This document shows positions 1-8,013 of a stretch of DNA of 35,417 nucleotides, one piece after another. Both the position numbers and the translations under genes were made by a program. How positions within the stretch are numbered: the stretch's first letter is position 1; every line of letters begins with the position of its first letter. A model generated the notes under the pieces. It ran no database searches and was not told the DNA's origin. It saw only the letters and a list, made by a program, of their open reading frames with translations. This DNA comes from an uncultured Candidatus Bathyarchaeia archaeon (lineage in GTDB: Archaea; Thermoproteota; Bathyarchaeia; RBG-16-48-13; JAGMEO01), in assembly GCA_964611975.1 (NCBI GenBank), contig CAZTBK010000004.1, positions 319-35,735 on the forward strand, read 5' to 3'.

Positions 1-759
1 ATAGTACGTTCCAGGATGAAGTTCACCTTGGGGAGGGGTGAGCGAAAGCTCGAATCTCCTCGAATATGTGGGTATTATGGAAGATGCTGTCAGCGGCGTC
101 GAAGCCTCGGCGAGGATCGTGCCCTCCTCATCCTTTAGGCAGGCTTCCGCGAAGGCCTTGTAGTGGTGGTTCCCTGTGTTCATGAGAACCACGGACACGC
201 CTATCGGTCTGCCGGAGACGAGCTCGCCTACGCTCAGGTCTGTGATCTTCCCCGTCTCCTCGAGCACAGATCCCGATACCGTGAGTGCCACTGGCACATC
301 GATCGCGCAGACGACACCGACGCTTCCACCACCCATCGGAGGGGTGTGGATGTGGACGAGTGCGTATCTCCCCCCGTCCCCAACATCGACTGGGACGTCG
401 ACCTCCAACAAAACCTCCTGCGAGCTCCCGGGCTCGAGGTGAAAGCTTGCAGGAGAAACCCTGATGAGACCCCTCGCGGAGTATGGGCTCACGTCCTCCT
501 CATCCTCGAGCGCCACGTACCCACCGTCCAAGGATTGTCCGAACCCCCTCACCTCGACGAATATATCCATCGGAGGGTCCGCCTCATCGATGCTAACAGT
601 CATCTTGTGGCTTATGTGCTCTCCTGGGGAAACGTCGACGACGAGGATAGCGCCTGAAACGCATAGGCCCGGAGAGGCGAAGGCCGTAGCTGAGAAAAAG
701 GTCAGCACCAAAAAAAAGAGGAGGATGGAATGCGCCAGCAGGGCGCCCCTGACACGCAC
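1..759 (-). CDS. Secreted multi-domain beta-rich surface protein, N-terminal part only (gene runs off the window)
   Basis: Absent from the ORF track because it has no stop in the window. The minus-strand frame is open from GTG at 759 to base 1 (253 codons), with a TGA just upstream at 768-766. The N-terminus VRVRGALLAHSILLFFLVLTFFSATAFA looks like a Sec signal peptide. The rest is Val/Gly/Asp/Glu-rich beta-type sequence (SFHLEPGSSQEVLLEVDVPVDVGDGGRYALVHIH; GVSVVLMNTGNHHYKAF). The + strand ORFs 163-657, 176-442 and 464-796 are its antisense shadows. Confidence 0.6.
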   Translation of the reverse strand, partial: MRVRGALLAHSILLFFLVLTFFSATAFASPGLCVSGAILVVDVSPGEHISHKMTVSIDEADPPMDIFVEVRGFGQSLDGGYVALEDEEDVSPYSARGLIRVSPASFHLEPGSSQEVLLEVDVPVDVGDGGRYALVHIHTPPMGGGSVGVVCAIDVPVALTVSGSVLEETGKITDLSVGELVSGRPIGVSVVLMNTGNHHYKAFAEACLKDEEGTILAEASTPLTASSIIPTYSRRFELSLTPPQGELHPGTYY

Positions 760-773
760 GATGCCTCACCAAG

Positions 774-1292
774 CTACACTATCAGGGATCCAGTGAAGGT
801 CACAACTATCCGGTACGTTTTCACATATGCGTCATCATCCCAAGTGACCGTCTGCTTGAACGTGACCGTGATGTCCATCCCGCCGCTGCCCGTCTCCTCG
901 CCTTTCTGAATCACACCCCCTGTTGGAAGTGTAACCTCAACTTCGGCTGAAACTTTCATTGGATTTGAGAGCTTTCTCTCTCCGTAATTACTACCATCCC
1001 ACTCAGTCATATGACCATTTGTATTCATGTCTTCGTCACTAGCTGTCACTTGCCAGCCTTTGTTGGCCTTGACGTGAAGTGTGCCTGTTTGTGTATTGGG
1101 CTGCGTGATGCTCGGGTCGAGTTCCCAACCGCTGATGTCGGCTGGCGCTGTAATTTCGATGGCTCCAATAACATTGCCAGAAATCTCAGTTGTATCATTA
1201 TCACTGCTCGCGGCGAGGGCATTCAACATCGGCATCGACAATATAACCAAGCAAAGCATCAAAAACAGAATGGATTTTCGCATTATGTTCAT
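774..1292 (-). CDS. Small secreted beta-rich protein (signal peptide, unknown function)
   Basis: 172-aa ORF. The N-terminus MNIMRKSILFLMLCLVILSMPMLNALA|ASS is a Sec signal with an AxA cleavage site. GGAG lies 6 nt upstream of the ATG. The stop is 14 nt before the GTG of the next minus-strand gene, which suggests co-transcription. The mature part is Thr/Val/Gly-rich (GTLHVKANKGWQVTASDED, YRIVVTFTGS). Confidence 0.7.
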   Translation of the reverse strand: MNIMRKSILFLMLCLVILSMPMLNALAASSDNDTTEISGNVIGAIEITAPADISGWELDPSITQPNTQTGTLHVKANKGWQVTASDEDMNTNGHMTEWDGSNYGERKLSNPMKVSAEVEVTLPTGGVIQKGEETGSGGMDITVTFKQTVTWDDDAYVKTYRIVVTFTGSLIV

Positions 1293-1432
1293 AACATCTC
1301 CAGTATTTTGACTTTGTGAGATATTTAGCCAAAAACGTCATAAGTTAAAATATTTAAATGTTTCTATTCGTTACCTTCGAGTACGGTTCTTCGATCGATC
1401 GCTAAGAAAGCGGAATAAAAAGGAAGGTCTAG

Positions 1433-1762
1433 CCGTACCTATTTCGACACACTTTACCTAACATCACTAGCGAAGTTCTTTATGAAGATGGGCTGGACTA
1501 TATGCCAGTTGGTTCAAGAATCGAGGACGACCAAGCGGTACGTCCACTTCTCGGCAAGAGATCTGCTATTGACGGCTTCAAGATCATCGATGCGGATGAG
1601 GGTATCCATATTGCCTGTGATCAATCCACTTGGGGGGACAGAGAAAACGTTGTCCTAAAGAATAACTACATCGACACCACCGAAGGTAACCCCGACGTTG
1701 GTATTGCTGCAACCGGGATCGTCTTTTACAGTTTGTATGATGGCGCCGGGGATGGGATTTGA
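1433..1762 (+). pseudogene. Possible fragment of a parallel beta-helix repeat protein, truncated at the tRNA
   Basis: The frame is open from 1433, with the first ATG at 1502. The sequence GIHIACDQSTWGDRENVVLKNNYIDTTEGNPDVGIAATGIVF resembles right-handed beta-helix repeats. The ORF has no plausible N-terminus and its last 22 nt overlap the tRNA on the opposite strand. Confidence 0.25.
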
Positions 1763-1884
1763 ACCCATGGTCTCCGTCCTCCTGATCTTTAACAGCTGAG
1801 AATGCGGTCAAAGGGAGAACTGGATCTCGAGTCTGACCCCCCTTTAGGCGTCCAGCGCCTTAAACCTGACTTGGCTACCCCGGC
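1741..1884 (-). tRNA. tRNA-Ser (probable anticodon CGA) with two putative introns and encoded CCA
   Basis: Minus strand reads GCCGGGG-UA-GCC..GGC-G-CUGGA[..26 nt..]UCCAG-[51 nt]-AUGGG-UUCAAAU-CCCAU-CCCCGGC-G-CCA. It has a perfect 7-bp acceptor stem, a T arm with loop UUCAAAU, a 3-bp D stem, discriminator G73 and a long variable region (type II, Ser-like). The total of 144 nt is about 55 nt too long. The loop CUCGAGA (anticodon CGA) is preceded by a ~19-nt insert, and the variable arm (UCUCC/GGAGA) encloses a ~34-nt insert. Confidence 0.82.
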
Positions 1885-1962
1885 GTGGCCTCCCTACAAC
1901 CTCTCTAAACATCTTCGTAGTTTATTAAGATAAACTTTTCAATAGGGCAGTAAATATTTAAT

Positions 1963-1989
1963 CTATAAAGATTTATTAAATCTTTATAG
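1963..1989. promoter_or_regulatory. Perfect 27-bp palindrome (13+1+13) overlapping TATA-like sequence, directly upstream of the AbrB-PhoU regulator gene
   Basis: CTATAAAGATTTA-T-TAAATCTTTATAG, verified base by base. It ends 4 nt before the GTG at 1994. Confidence 0.5.
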
Positions 1990-1993
1990 TGAG

Positions 1994-2971
1994 GTGAGCA
2001 TGAACTTACGTCGAGTTCAGGAGACGGGTGGAGGGACGCTCCTAATCTCGCTGCCGAAGGACTGGGCTAGGAGGTGTGGCTTGACCCGCGGATCCACAGT
2101 CGCGGTGATCGAGGGAAAGGATGGGCACCTAACCGTAATTCCAAAGTATGACATAGATGAAAAGCTAAAGAAATCGGTCGTCCTTTTGTCCCCCCATACG
2201 ATCAGGGAGCTCATCGGAAAGTACCTGCTTGGTGACGACTTGATTGAAATCAGAGGTAAGACTCGGCTCCCCCCTACTGTGCGCAGACAAGTAAGGAAGA
2301 CCGTCCGTAGGCTTATAGGGTTGGAGGTCATCGAGGAAAGTCCTAATAAGATGGTTCTGCAATGCCTTCTCAAACCGACGTCGCTTTCGCCCAATAGAAC
2401 TTTATGCAGAGAGCACTTACTTTCCCTTGCCATGCACAGGGATGCTATGGAGTCCTTCGTTAGGGCTGACCCTCATTTAGCAGAGGAGGTCGTCGAGCGC
2501 GATGAAGAGGTCGACAGGCTTTATTTTCTCCTGATCAGAGTTTTACGAAAGGCCGTTACGAACCCCCTTTTAAGCAAGAAGATGGGGCTATCATCAATCG
2601 ACTGTTTGGATTACCGTTTGGCAGCGAGCCTCATCGAATCGATGGGGGACCAGGCGGTTAAAATAGCTCAGAACGTGATGAAGTTTTCAAATACCCCCCT
2701 CTCAGAAAGCCTCCTCAATCACATTTCGCGCCTAGATGATTTGTCGTACGAAATACAGGAAAGATCCTCACAGGCCTTCCTTTCTAAGAGCCTTAATGGG
2801 ATAGAAGATCTTTCGGAGAAAGGCGCCGTCATAAGGGAATTAAGGGGAAGCATTGAGAGAGAGTTGGCTAAGCAAGATCAAGACGTGATTTCATATGTCT
2901 CATCGGTTTCATCATCCCTTTTAAGGATATGTGATTATAGCTTTGACTTAGCTGATCTAGTTATGCCCTAA
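1994..2971 (+). CDS. AbrB/SpoVT-domain plus PhoU-like-domain transcriptional (phosphate uptake) regulator
   Basis: The N-terminus RRVQETGGGTLLISLPKDWARRCGLTRGSTVAV is a swapped-hairpin AbrB motif. The helical C-terminal two thirds show the PhoU-like repeat pattern (EVDRLYFLLIRVLRKA). Confidence 0.8.
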   Translation: MSMNLRRVQETGGGTLLISLPKDWARRCGLTRGSTVAVIEGKDGHLTVIPKYDIDEKLKKSVVLLSPHTIRELIGKYLLGDDLIEIRGKTRLPPTVRRQVRKTVRRLIGLEVIEESPNKMVLQCLLKPTSLSPNRTLCREHLLSLAMHRDAMESFVRADPHLAEEVVERDEEVDRLYFLLIRVLRKAVTNPLLSKKMGLSSIDCLDYRLAASLIESMGDQAVKIAQNVMKFSNTPLSESLLNHISRLDDLSYEIQERSSQAFLSKSLNGIEDLSEKGAVIRELRGSIERELAKQDQDVISYVSSVSSSLLRICDYSFDLADLVMP

Positions 2972-3014
2972 AAACGGGTGACTAAAAGGGCCTTCAACTC
3001 ATTAAAGCACAATT

Positions 3015-4673
3015 GTGATCAGATTGAGCCTCTATGGGCCCATTCCCAGAATTAGAAAGCTGTGCTACGAAATAGCCAAGGAAAACGAAGTGGTTGCTGC
3101 GTGCCTTTACGGTTCAAGGGCTTGCGGGTATGCGCGCCCCTCCAGCGACTACGACGTTCTTCTCATAATGGATCCTTACAGTAGAAAGGTGAAGTATCAC
3201 TACGTAAAATTAAATCACGTTGATGCCTCCATTTTAGCGGTTGAGAAGGAAATCTTTGAAGACGACGTCGCTAATGCTTTTTTAGGGGAGTTCGTTTCCG
3301 GCCGTCTACTTACGCCCTACATCCCCATAATTAACGGCGACTATTTGTGGGAGCAAGAAATAAGGATGAAAAGGCGGATCATACTTGAGGCGCTCGAGAA
3401 CCTCGTCCATCGATATAAGGACCTATGCTGTGAAATCCTCATAGATCCATATTTCTTCATTTATAAAAAAATGCAGAAGAGGGCGATGATATACCCTCCT
3501 GTTAAGTACAGTTATCTAGAAATGCTGTCCTCAGAGCGACGGAAACAAAATATAAAAAGCATTATGAGAGGATACGAGGCGGCCCTCGAAAGCCTTCGTG
3601 CGGAAAACACGATCATCTTCGAAGACGGATACGTGAAAATCTCTGAATCATTTGCTGAAGAAGTGAGGAGAAAGGTATACGGAGTCGTAGCTCCCATCAG
3701 GGAAACCGAGAGGATCATCCGTCAGTACGTATCACATGGTTTTGCAGGAGCCGGGGTGACCCCTCAGATTGTTCTGAAGGAGTTCGCGTCAAAGGTCGAG
3801 AGGGAATTAACGGGTAAAAGCTTCATGGAGTTAGAGGATCCCAAAAACTATTTATACCTTCGCTCAGCGCTTGGAACGGTAAGTTTGGGCGAGAAATACA
3901 CCTTCAGGGATATAATAACAAAGGCAGCTCCATTCGGTAAGGTTTCAGATCTATCCGTTCGAAAAATAGGTGGGACGCTTAGCTTTGTGTACCTGTTGAG
4001 CTTTCGTGAAGATGGTAAAGAGAGGAAAGTTGTTGCTAAGAGGTACGAGGACTGGTGCGGGTTTAAGTGGATGCCGTTGTTCATATGGGCCATAGGCATT
4101 CGAGCGTTCGACGTCCTTGGGGAGAAGCGACTGATAAATGAGTACAAAATGAACAGATTCCTTACAAGGCATGGCATACCTGCACCTGAAATATACTATA
4201 TGAACCTCGAGAGCAGGGTTCTCCTTCAACAATACATTGAGGGAAGGAGCCTTAAGGAGATTATCCACGGGGTCCTCAGTGAGGGCAGTAAGATGAAAAA
4301 AGACTTGAATCTAATTCGTCAACTAGCTCAACGGTTAGCTGAGGTACACTCCCTCAACGTAACGATCGGAGACTGTAAACCTGGGAACATCATATTCGAC
4401 TCAAATAATGAAATTTACTTCATTGACCTGGAGCAAGCAGGTGAGGGGGATCCGGCCTGGGATATAGCTGAGCTTTTGTATTACACAGGCCACTATGCTA
4501 TAAAGGAGGAGAAAATAAAACCTCTGATAAATGCTTTTATTGAAGGTTATACCGAAAGGGGAGACGCGCGGTACGTCAGGGAGGCTGGGTCGCTGAAGTA
4601 TGTTCGGGCATTCAGCTTTTTCACAGCACCGAACATATTGACGGAAATATCAAAAACATGCTTAAGGCGCTAA
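3015..4673 (+). CDS. Fusion protein: N-terminal Pol-beta-type nucleotidyltransferase domain plus C-terminal APH/Bud32-like kinase domain
   Basis: NTase signature CLYGSRACGYARPSSDYDVLLI (GS..DxD). Kinase-like C-terminus: HGIPAPEIYY..LLQQYIEGRSL, catalytic-loop-like IGDCKPGNIIF, and DFG-equivalent YFIDLEQAGEGDPAWDIAELL. Confidence 0.7.
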   Translation: MIRLSLYGPIPRIRKLCYEIAKENEVVAACLYGSRACGYARPSSDYDVLLIMDPYSRKVKYHYVKLNHVDASILAVEKEIFEDDVANAFLGEFVSGRLLTPYIPIINGDYLWEQEIRMKRRIILEALENLVHRYKDLCCEILIDPYFFIYKKMQKRAMIYPPVKYSYLEMLSSERRKQNIKSIMRGYEAALESLRAENTIIFEDGYVKISESFAEEVRRKVYGVVAPIRETERIIRQYVSHGFAGAGVTPQIVLKEFASKVERELTGKSFMELEDPKNYLYLRSALGTVSLGEKYTFRDIITKAAPFGKVSDLSVRKIGGTLSFVYLLSFREDGKERKVVAKRYEDWCGFKWMPLFIWAIGIRAFDVLGEKRLINEYKMNRFLTRHGIPAPEIYYMNLESRVLLQQYIEGRSLKEIIHGVLSEGSKMKKDLNLIRQLAQRLAEVHSLNVTIGDCKPGNIIFDSNNEIYFIDLEQAGEGDPAWDIAELLYYTGHYAIKEEKIKPLINAFIEGYTERGDARYVREAGSLKYVRAFSFFTAPNILTEISKTCLRR

Positions 4674-4712
4674 CCCCCTTCCCGCTCATATAGAACCATC
4701 TTGCGTTGCTGT

Positions 4713-5813
4713 CTAGCCACTGATCTCCCTAAACTTATCTGGCAAATACTTTTTCACCACGTAGTCTAAGCCGTATCTGGAGAAAGCCTCCAGTTCACAT
4801 TTCTTTTTCTGTTTCAGAAAATCGTTGATTTGGGTGATCCAGGGCTCGCTTTGGTACCTAGGATCCCTCAGCATGTCACGTAGCCTCTTGATATCGACCT
4901 CGCTGAGCCTATCACTGGGTAAATTATACCTCCTGATGTCAGTGCTATAGATGCCCATCCAGACGGCATCAGGGGTCGTAAGCTCCTTGATGTGGGCCGC
5001 ATTTGCACTACCACAGATTATAGTGACCGCTATTGCCATGCCCCATGGGTCGGCGTCGCAGAAGATGAAAATGGGAAGGCCGAGCTCTTCATTTAACCTC
5101 CTTATAAAGCTCCTTGTGGCTCTAGGGGGCTGACCAGCGGTGTGAACGAGAATGGCGTTGAACTTCTTAACGGCCCCCTCCTCTACGAGCCTGGTGAACA
5201 TCGCCCCCTTCTCAACAACGATGACCATTTTAGCAGAGGTTTCAATAAAATCCGCGCTCGTGAGGGCAGGTCCAATCATGATGCCGTCAGGATGGGCCGT
5301 CAAGTTAATCCTGTTCCCCTCATATCCAGGAACAGTATACTCAACAGTTAGGTCGCCAAAAACAGCGCTTCTTTCCTCCGGGAAGACATTGAAGTCCTCG
5401 CGGGCGCATCCCAAGACAGACTCAAGGTCTGTTATTATGTTGTCAGATTCTGATTGATCTTTGAAGTAAACATCGTAGGCCTGTGCTGAGTAAAACACAT
5501 CTCTTAGAGTGGACGTCTTCTTAGCCTTGCATAGGTTATAGACAAAACTAGCCGTCCAAATAAGCCTGGTGAGGGGCCTAATGTGGCGGATGTTTCTGGA
5601 ACTTCTCTTGACGCTCTTATCTCCCAATACGTACTGGCGATGTTTTTCATCATAATGGATGTTTGCCGTTGACCTGCTTGGTATCCTCACCCAAGGAAAT
5701 TCTCCGTTCATCATTTGGTTATATAGGCTCTCTCCAAGGCTTTGGAGGGACTTTATAGTAGTTGCCTTCCTTTCCTTAGCAAACATAGAACTAGCTTCTT
5801 TTTTCTTTCCCAT
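4713..5813 (-). CDS. top6A: DNA topoisomerase VI subunit A (Spo11-like)
   Basis: 366 aa with a Toprim region (MVIVVEKGAMF, FIFCDADPWG). It lies directly downstream of and overlaps top6B by 23 nt. Confidence 0.93.
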   Translation of the reverse strand: MGKKKEASSMFAKERKATTIKSLQSLGESLYNQMMNGEFPWVRIPSRSTANIHYDEKHRQYVLGDKSVKRSSRNIRHIRPLTRLIWTASFVYNLCKAKKTSTLRDVFYSAQAYDVYFKDQSESDNIITDLESVLGCAREDFNVFPEERSAVFGDLTVEYTVPGYEGNRINLTAHPDGIMIGPALTSADFIETSAKMVIVVEKGAMFTRLVEEGAVKKFNAILVHTAGQPPRATRSFIRRLNEELGLPIFIFCDADPWGMAIAVTIICGSANAAHIKELTTPDAVWMGIYSTDIRRYNLPSDRLSEVDIKRLRDMLRDPRYQSEPWITQINDFLKQKKKCELEAFSRYGLDYVVKKYLPDKFREISG

Positions 5814-7311
5814 ACTTGATCAGCCTCCTTAAAAGCTTATTAACGTCAGGCTCTTTCTTCTTGCCAGCTAACTCAGTCGAAAACCTAGCTATCTTGGGTA
5901 AGTACTTAGCGAAAACAGCCAGCCTCCTCCTCTCATGCTCAATGCTGATTTTTCTGGATAAAAAGCGTGAAAGTCGCCTGGCGACCCCCCTCACCCCGCT
6001 CAGCAACTCAGCTTCTACCTCAGGTCGATCAGCAATGAACTCCTTTCCAACGGTCTTGTACGGTATTTTTGTGGAACAAATGTGCACGATCACGGCGATA
6101 GGCATATCGGGTGTTACTTTATAGTATCTCCAGTTGATCATGTTGTTGATTACCTTTGAGGAGACATCGCTTGCCTCATCGAATAAAAGGGGGATCCTGT
6201 TTGCGAATCTATATAAAACGATCCCAGGTCTATCTGGTACTCCTCCACCGTATGCTATGCCAACCTCTACGATGAAGGGAAAACCAGAGTAGGTCGATGG
6301 AGGGCGCTGCTCGACGGCAACGAACTCGGGCTTTAACTCCTTCCTGATGCCGATCTCAAGCAACTCAACGCCTATAGGTGAAAGGCAGGAAGCTGATGGA
6401 GGCAAAAAACCTTTAAAACTCTTCGCAGCTCGCACCAACCTTACGATATCATCTGGTCCCAGGGTCTTTGGGTTTCTTCCGATCTTAAATCCGGCGTACC
6501 TGAGGAATTTCTTGGCGGTATTGCTGCCAACGCGATGGAAGTGGCTCCTCATAAAGCAAAGCATATCCGGACAATTTGTCGCGCTGATTATTCTCTGGAT
6601 CGTTTCAACGTCAACACCATAAGGATGTGGAAGAGTTTCTCTGGGGGGAGGTGGCATCCTTTTCGTTGTCCTTTCAAACCTGTAAAGCCTGCCTCTCGGG
6701 TCGATGAGCATGATATTTGCATAAGGACAAGCGATAGCGGTCTGCATCAAATATTCGAGAATTTTGCGCATCGCTCTAGTGTAGTTCCCCTCAAAGGTGA
6801 ACTCGACGACTGTTCCATGCCACCCCCTCTTATTGGGGTAGACTTCCCTCTTTAAGATGGTCGGCCTGTTCCGCTGAATATCAATGGATATGACAAATTC
6901 ATGTATTTCATCTGTTCCTGTGCTCGAAATAATGTGAGCTGAGCTGTGCGTCGTTATCTGTCCATAGAGGATGGCCATCTTCCCACCTAAGCCGAATGTA
7001 CCACGGTCCTGTCTTAGTGTGTACTTTGATCCAAACAGAATTCGGCCAAACGCTGATGGGATATACGCTGGAGGTACACCGCTCCCATTATCGGCGACTC
7101 TTATTCTGTAGACCCCCTCCTCACCCCCCTCCTCCTGAGATAGACGGATATATATGTCCGGTGGGACCCTGATCAGCTCACACGCATCCAATGAATTTTC
7201 CACGAGCTCCCTCACAATCGCATAGACAGCACGAGTTGGATTGCTGAAACCGGCCAAATCTCTATTTCTATAAAAAAAATCGGCTGGGCTAATTTCTTTG
7301 AAAACTTCCAA
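5791..7311 (-). CDS. top6B: DNA topoisomerase VI subunit B (GHKL ATPase)
   Basis: N-terminus ISPADFFYRNRDLAGFSNPTRAVYAIVRELVENSLDA (Bergerat fold N box), plus DNGSG and GTFGLGGK motifs. Confidence 0.93.
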   Translation of the reverse strand: MEVFKEISPADFFYRNRDLAGFSNPTRAVYAIVRELVENSLDACELIRVPPDIYIRLSQEEGGEEGVYRIRVADNGSGVPPAYIPSAFGRILFGSKYTLRQDRGTFGLGGKMAILYGQITTHSSAHIISSTGTDEIHEFVISIDIQRNRPTILKREVYPNKRGWHGTVVEFTFEGNYTRAMRKILEYLMQTAIACPYANIMLIDPRGRLYRFERTTKRMPPPPRETLPHPYGVDVETIQRIISATNCPDMLCFMRSHFHRVGSNTAKKFLRYAGFKIGRNPKTLGPDDIVRLVRAAKSFKGFLPPSASCLSPIGVELLEIGIRKELKPEFVAVEQRPPSTYSGFPFIVEVGIAYGGGVPDRPGIVLYRFANRIPLLFDEASDVSSKVINNMINWRYYKVTPDMPIAVIVHICSTKIPYKTVGKEFIADRPEVEAELLSGVRGVARRLSRFLSRKISIEHERRRLAVFAKYLPKIARFSTELAGKKKEPDVNKLLRRLIKYGKEKRS

Positions 7312-7431
7312 CCCCTATCCTCCTGGCTCACAGATCATTCTTCAACATAGTTAAGTCCATTTAGCTTCGTTGATACCCTTAAACTTCCTTTATAACCCAA
7401 ACTGCAAAATTTCTGGAGAAGTATTCCAACT

Positions 7432-8013
7432 CTAACATAAGTTTTTATAAAGGGGTTTCCAAATCTTCATTCCTTCCTTTTTTAATTCCCTCCTTTTATG
7501 GTAAAGGTAGCTGTAAACGGTTTTATGCAATTTTCCCTCTATCAACATCTTTATGGCCTCTGCTGCGATTTCTAGCTGAGCGCGGCTCCCTATAATGGAA
7601 ACGGTGTGTCCGTAGACAGATAGTCGCGCCCCAGTTAGGTCCTCGATTAACATCCTCGTCCTACCGTCCTTTCCTATGATTCTGCCCTTAACTCTCCGGA
7701 TATCAGAGGCCGATCTTCCGAAGTAGTCCCTAAGGTCTATTACCCTCAAAAAAGTTCCATCATCTAAAAGCCTGAGTGCCGCCTCAGGTGAAAACCCCCT
7801 TCCAATCGCGTTTACAACGCTTCTCGCGTTAAATATCGATGTTGGATCAGGCGCCTCTGGTTTTAGCGTCATCTCAACGCTTCCCGTTTTACTATCGATA
7901 GTCAACCTAACGTTTAGTTTTTTCTCAATTATACTCTTTACGATCCCGCCTTTGCCTATAAGGACGCCGATGCGTTCCTTTGGTATCAACATGCGTAGCG
8001 TGGCCTCAACCAT
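7432..8013 (-). CDS. Two-KH-domain RNA-binding protein (archaeal Dim2/Pno1-like)
   Basis: Two GxxG KH motifs (IGVLIGKGGIVK, IIGKDGRTR). It sits in the conserved aIF1A-Rio1-KH gene order and overlaps rio1 by 8 nt. Confidence 0.85.
   Translation of the reverse strand: MVEATLRMLIPKERIGVLIGKGGIVKSIIEKKLNVRLTIDSKTGSVEMTLKPEAPDPTSIFNARSVVNAIGRGFSPEAALRLLDDGTFLRVIDLRDYFGRSASDIRRVKGRIIGKDGRTRMLIEDLTGARLSVYGHTVSIIGSRAQLEIAAEAIKMLIEGKLHKTVYSYLYHKRRELKKEGMKIWKPLYKNLC

Noticed and set aside
163-796. Plus-strand ORFs 163-657, 176-442 and 464-796
   Set aside because: Low-complexity Ser/Thr/Pro/Arg-rich translations in a GC-rich region. They lie antisense to a much better minus-strand frame that is open from 759 to base 1 and has a signal peptide. 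They are shadow ORFs.
1502-1762. 86-aa ORF treated as an intact gene
   Set aside because: Its last 22 nt overlap the tRNA-Ser gene, and the open frame extends upstream to 1433 without a start. It is better explained as a truncated fragment, and is kept only as a low-confidence pseudogene.
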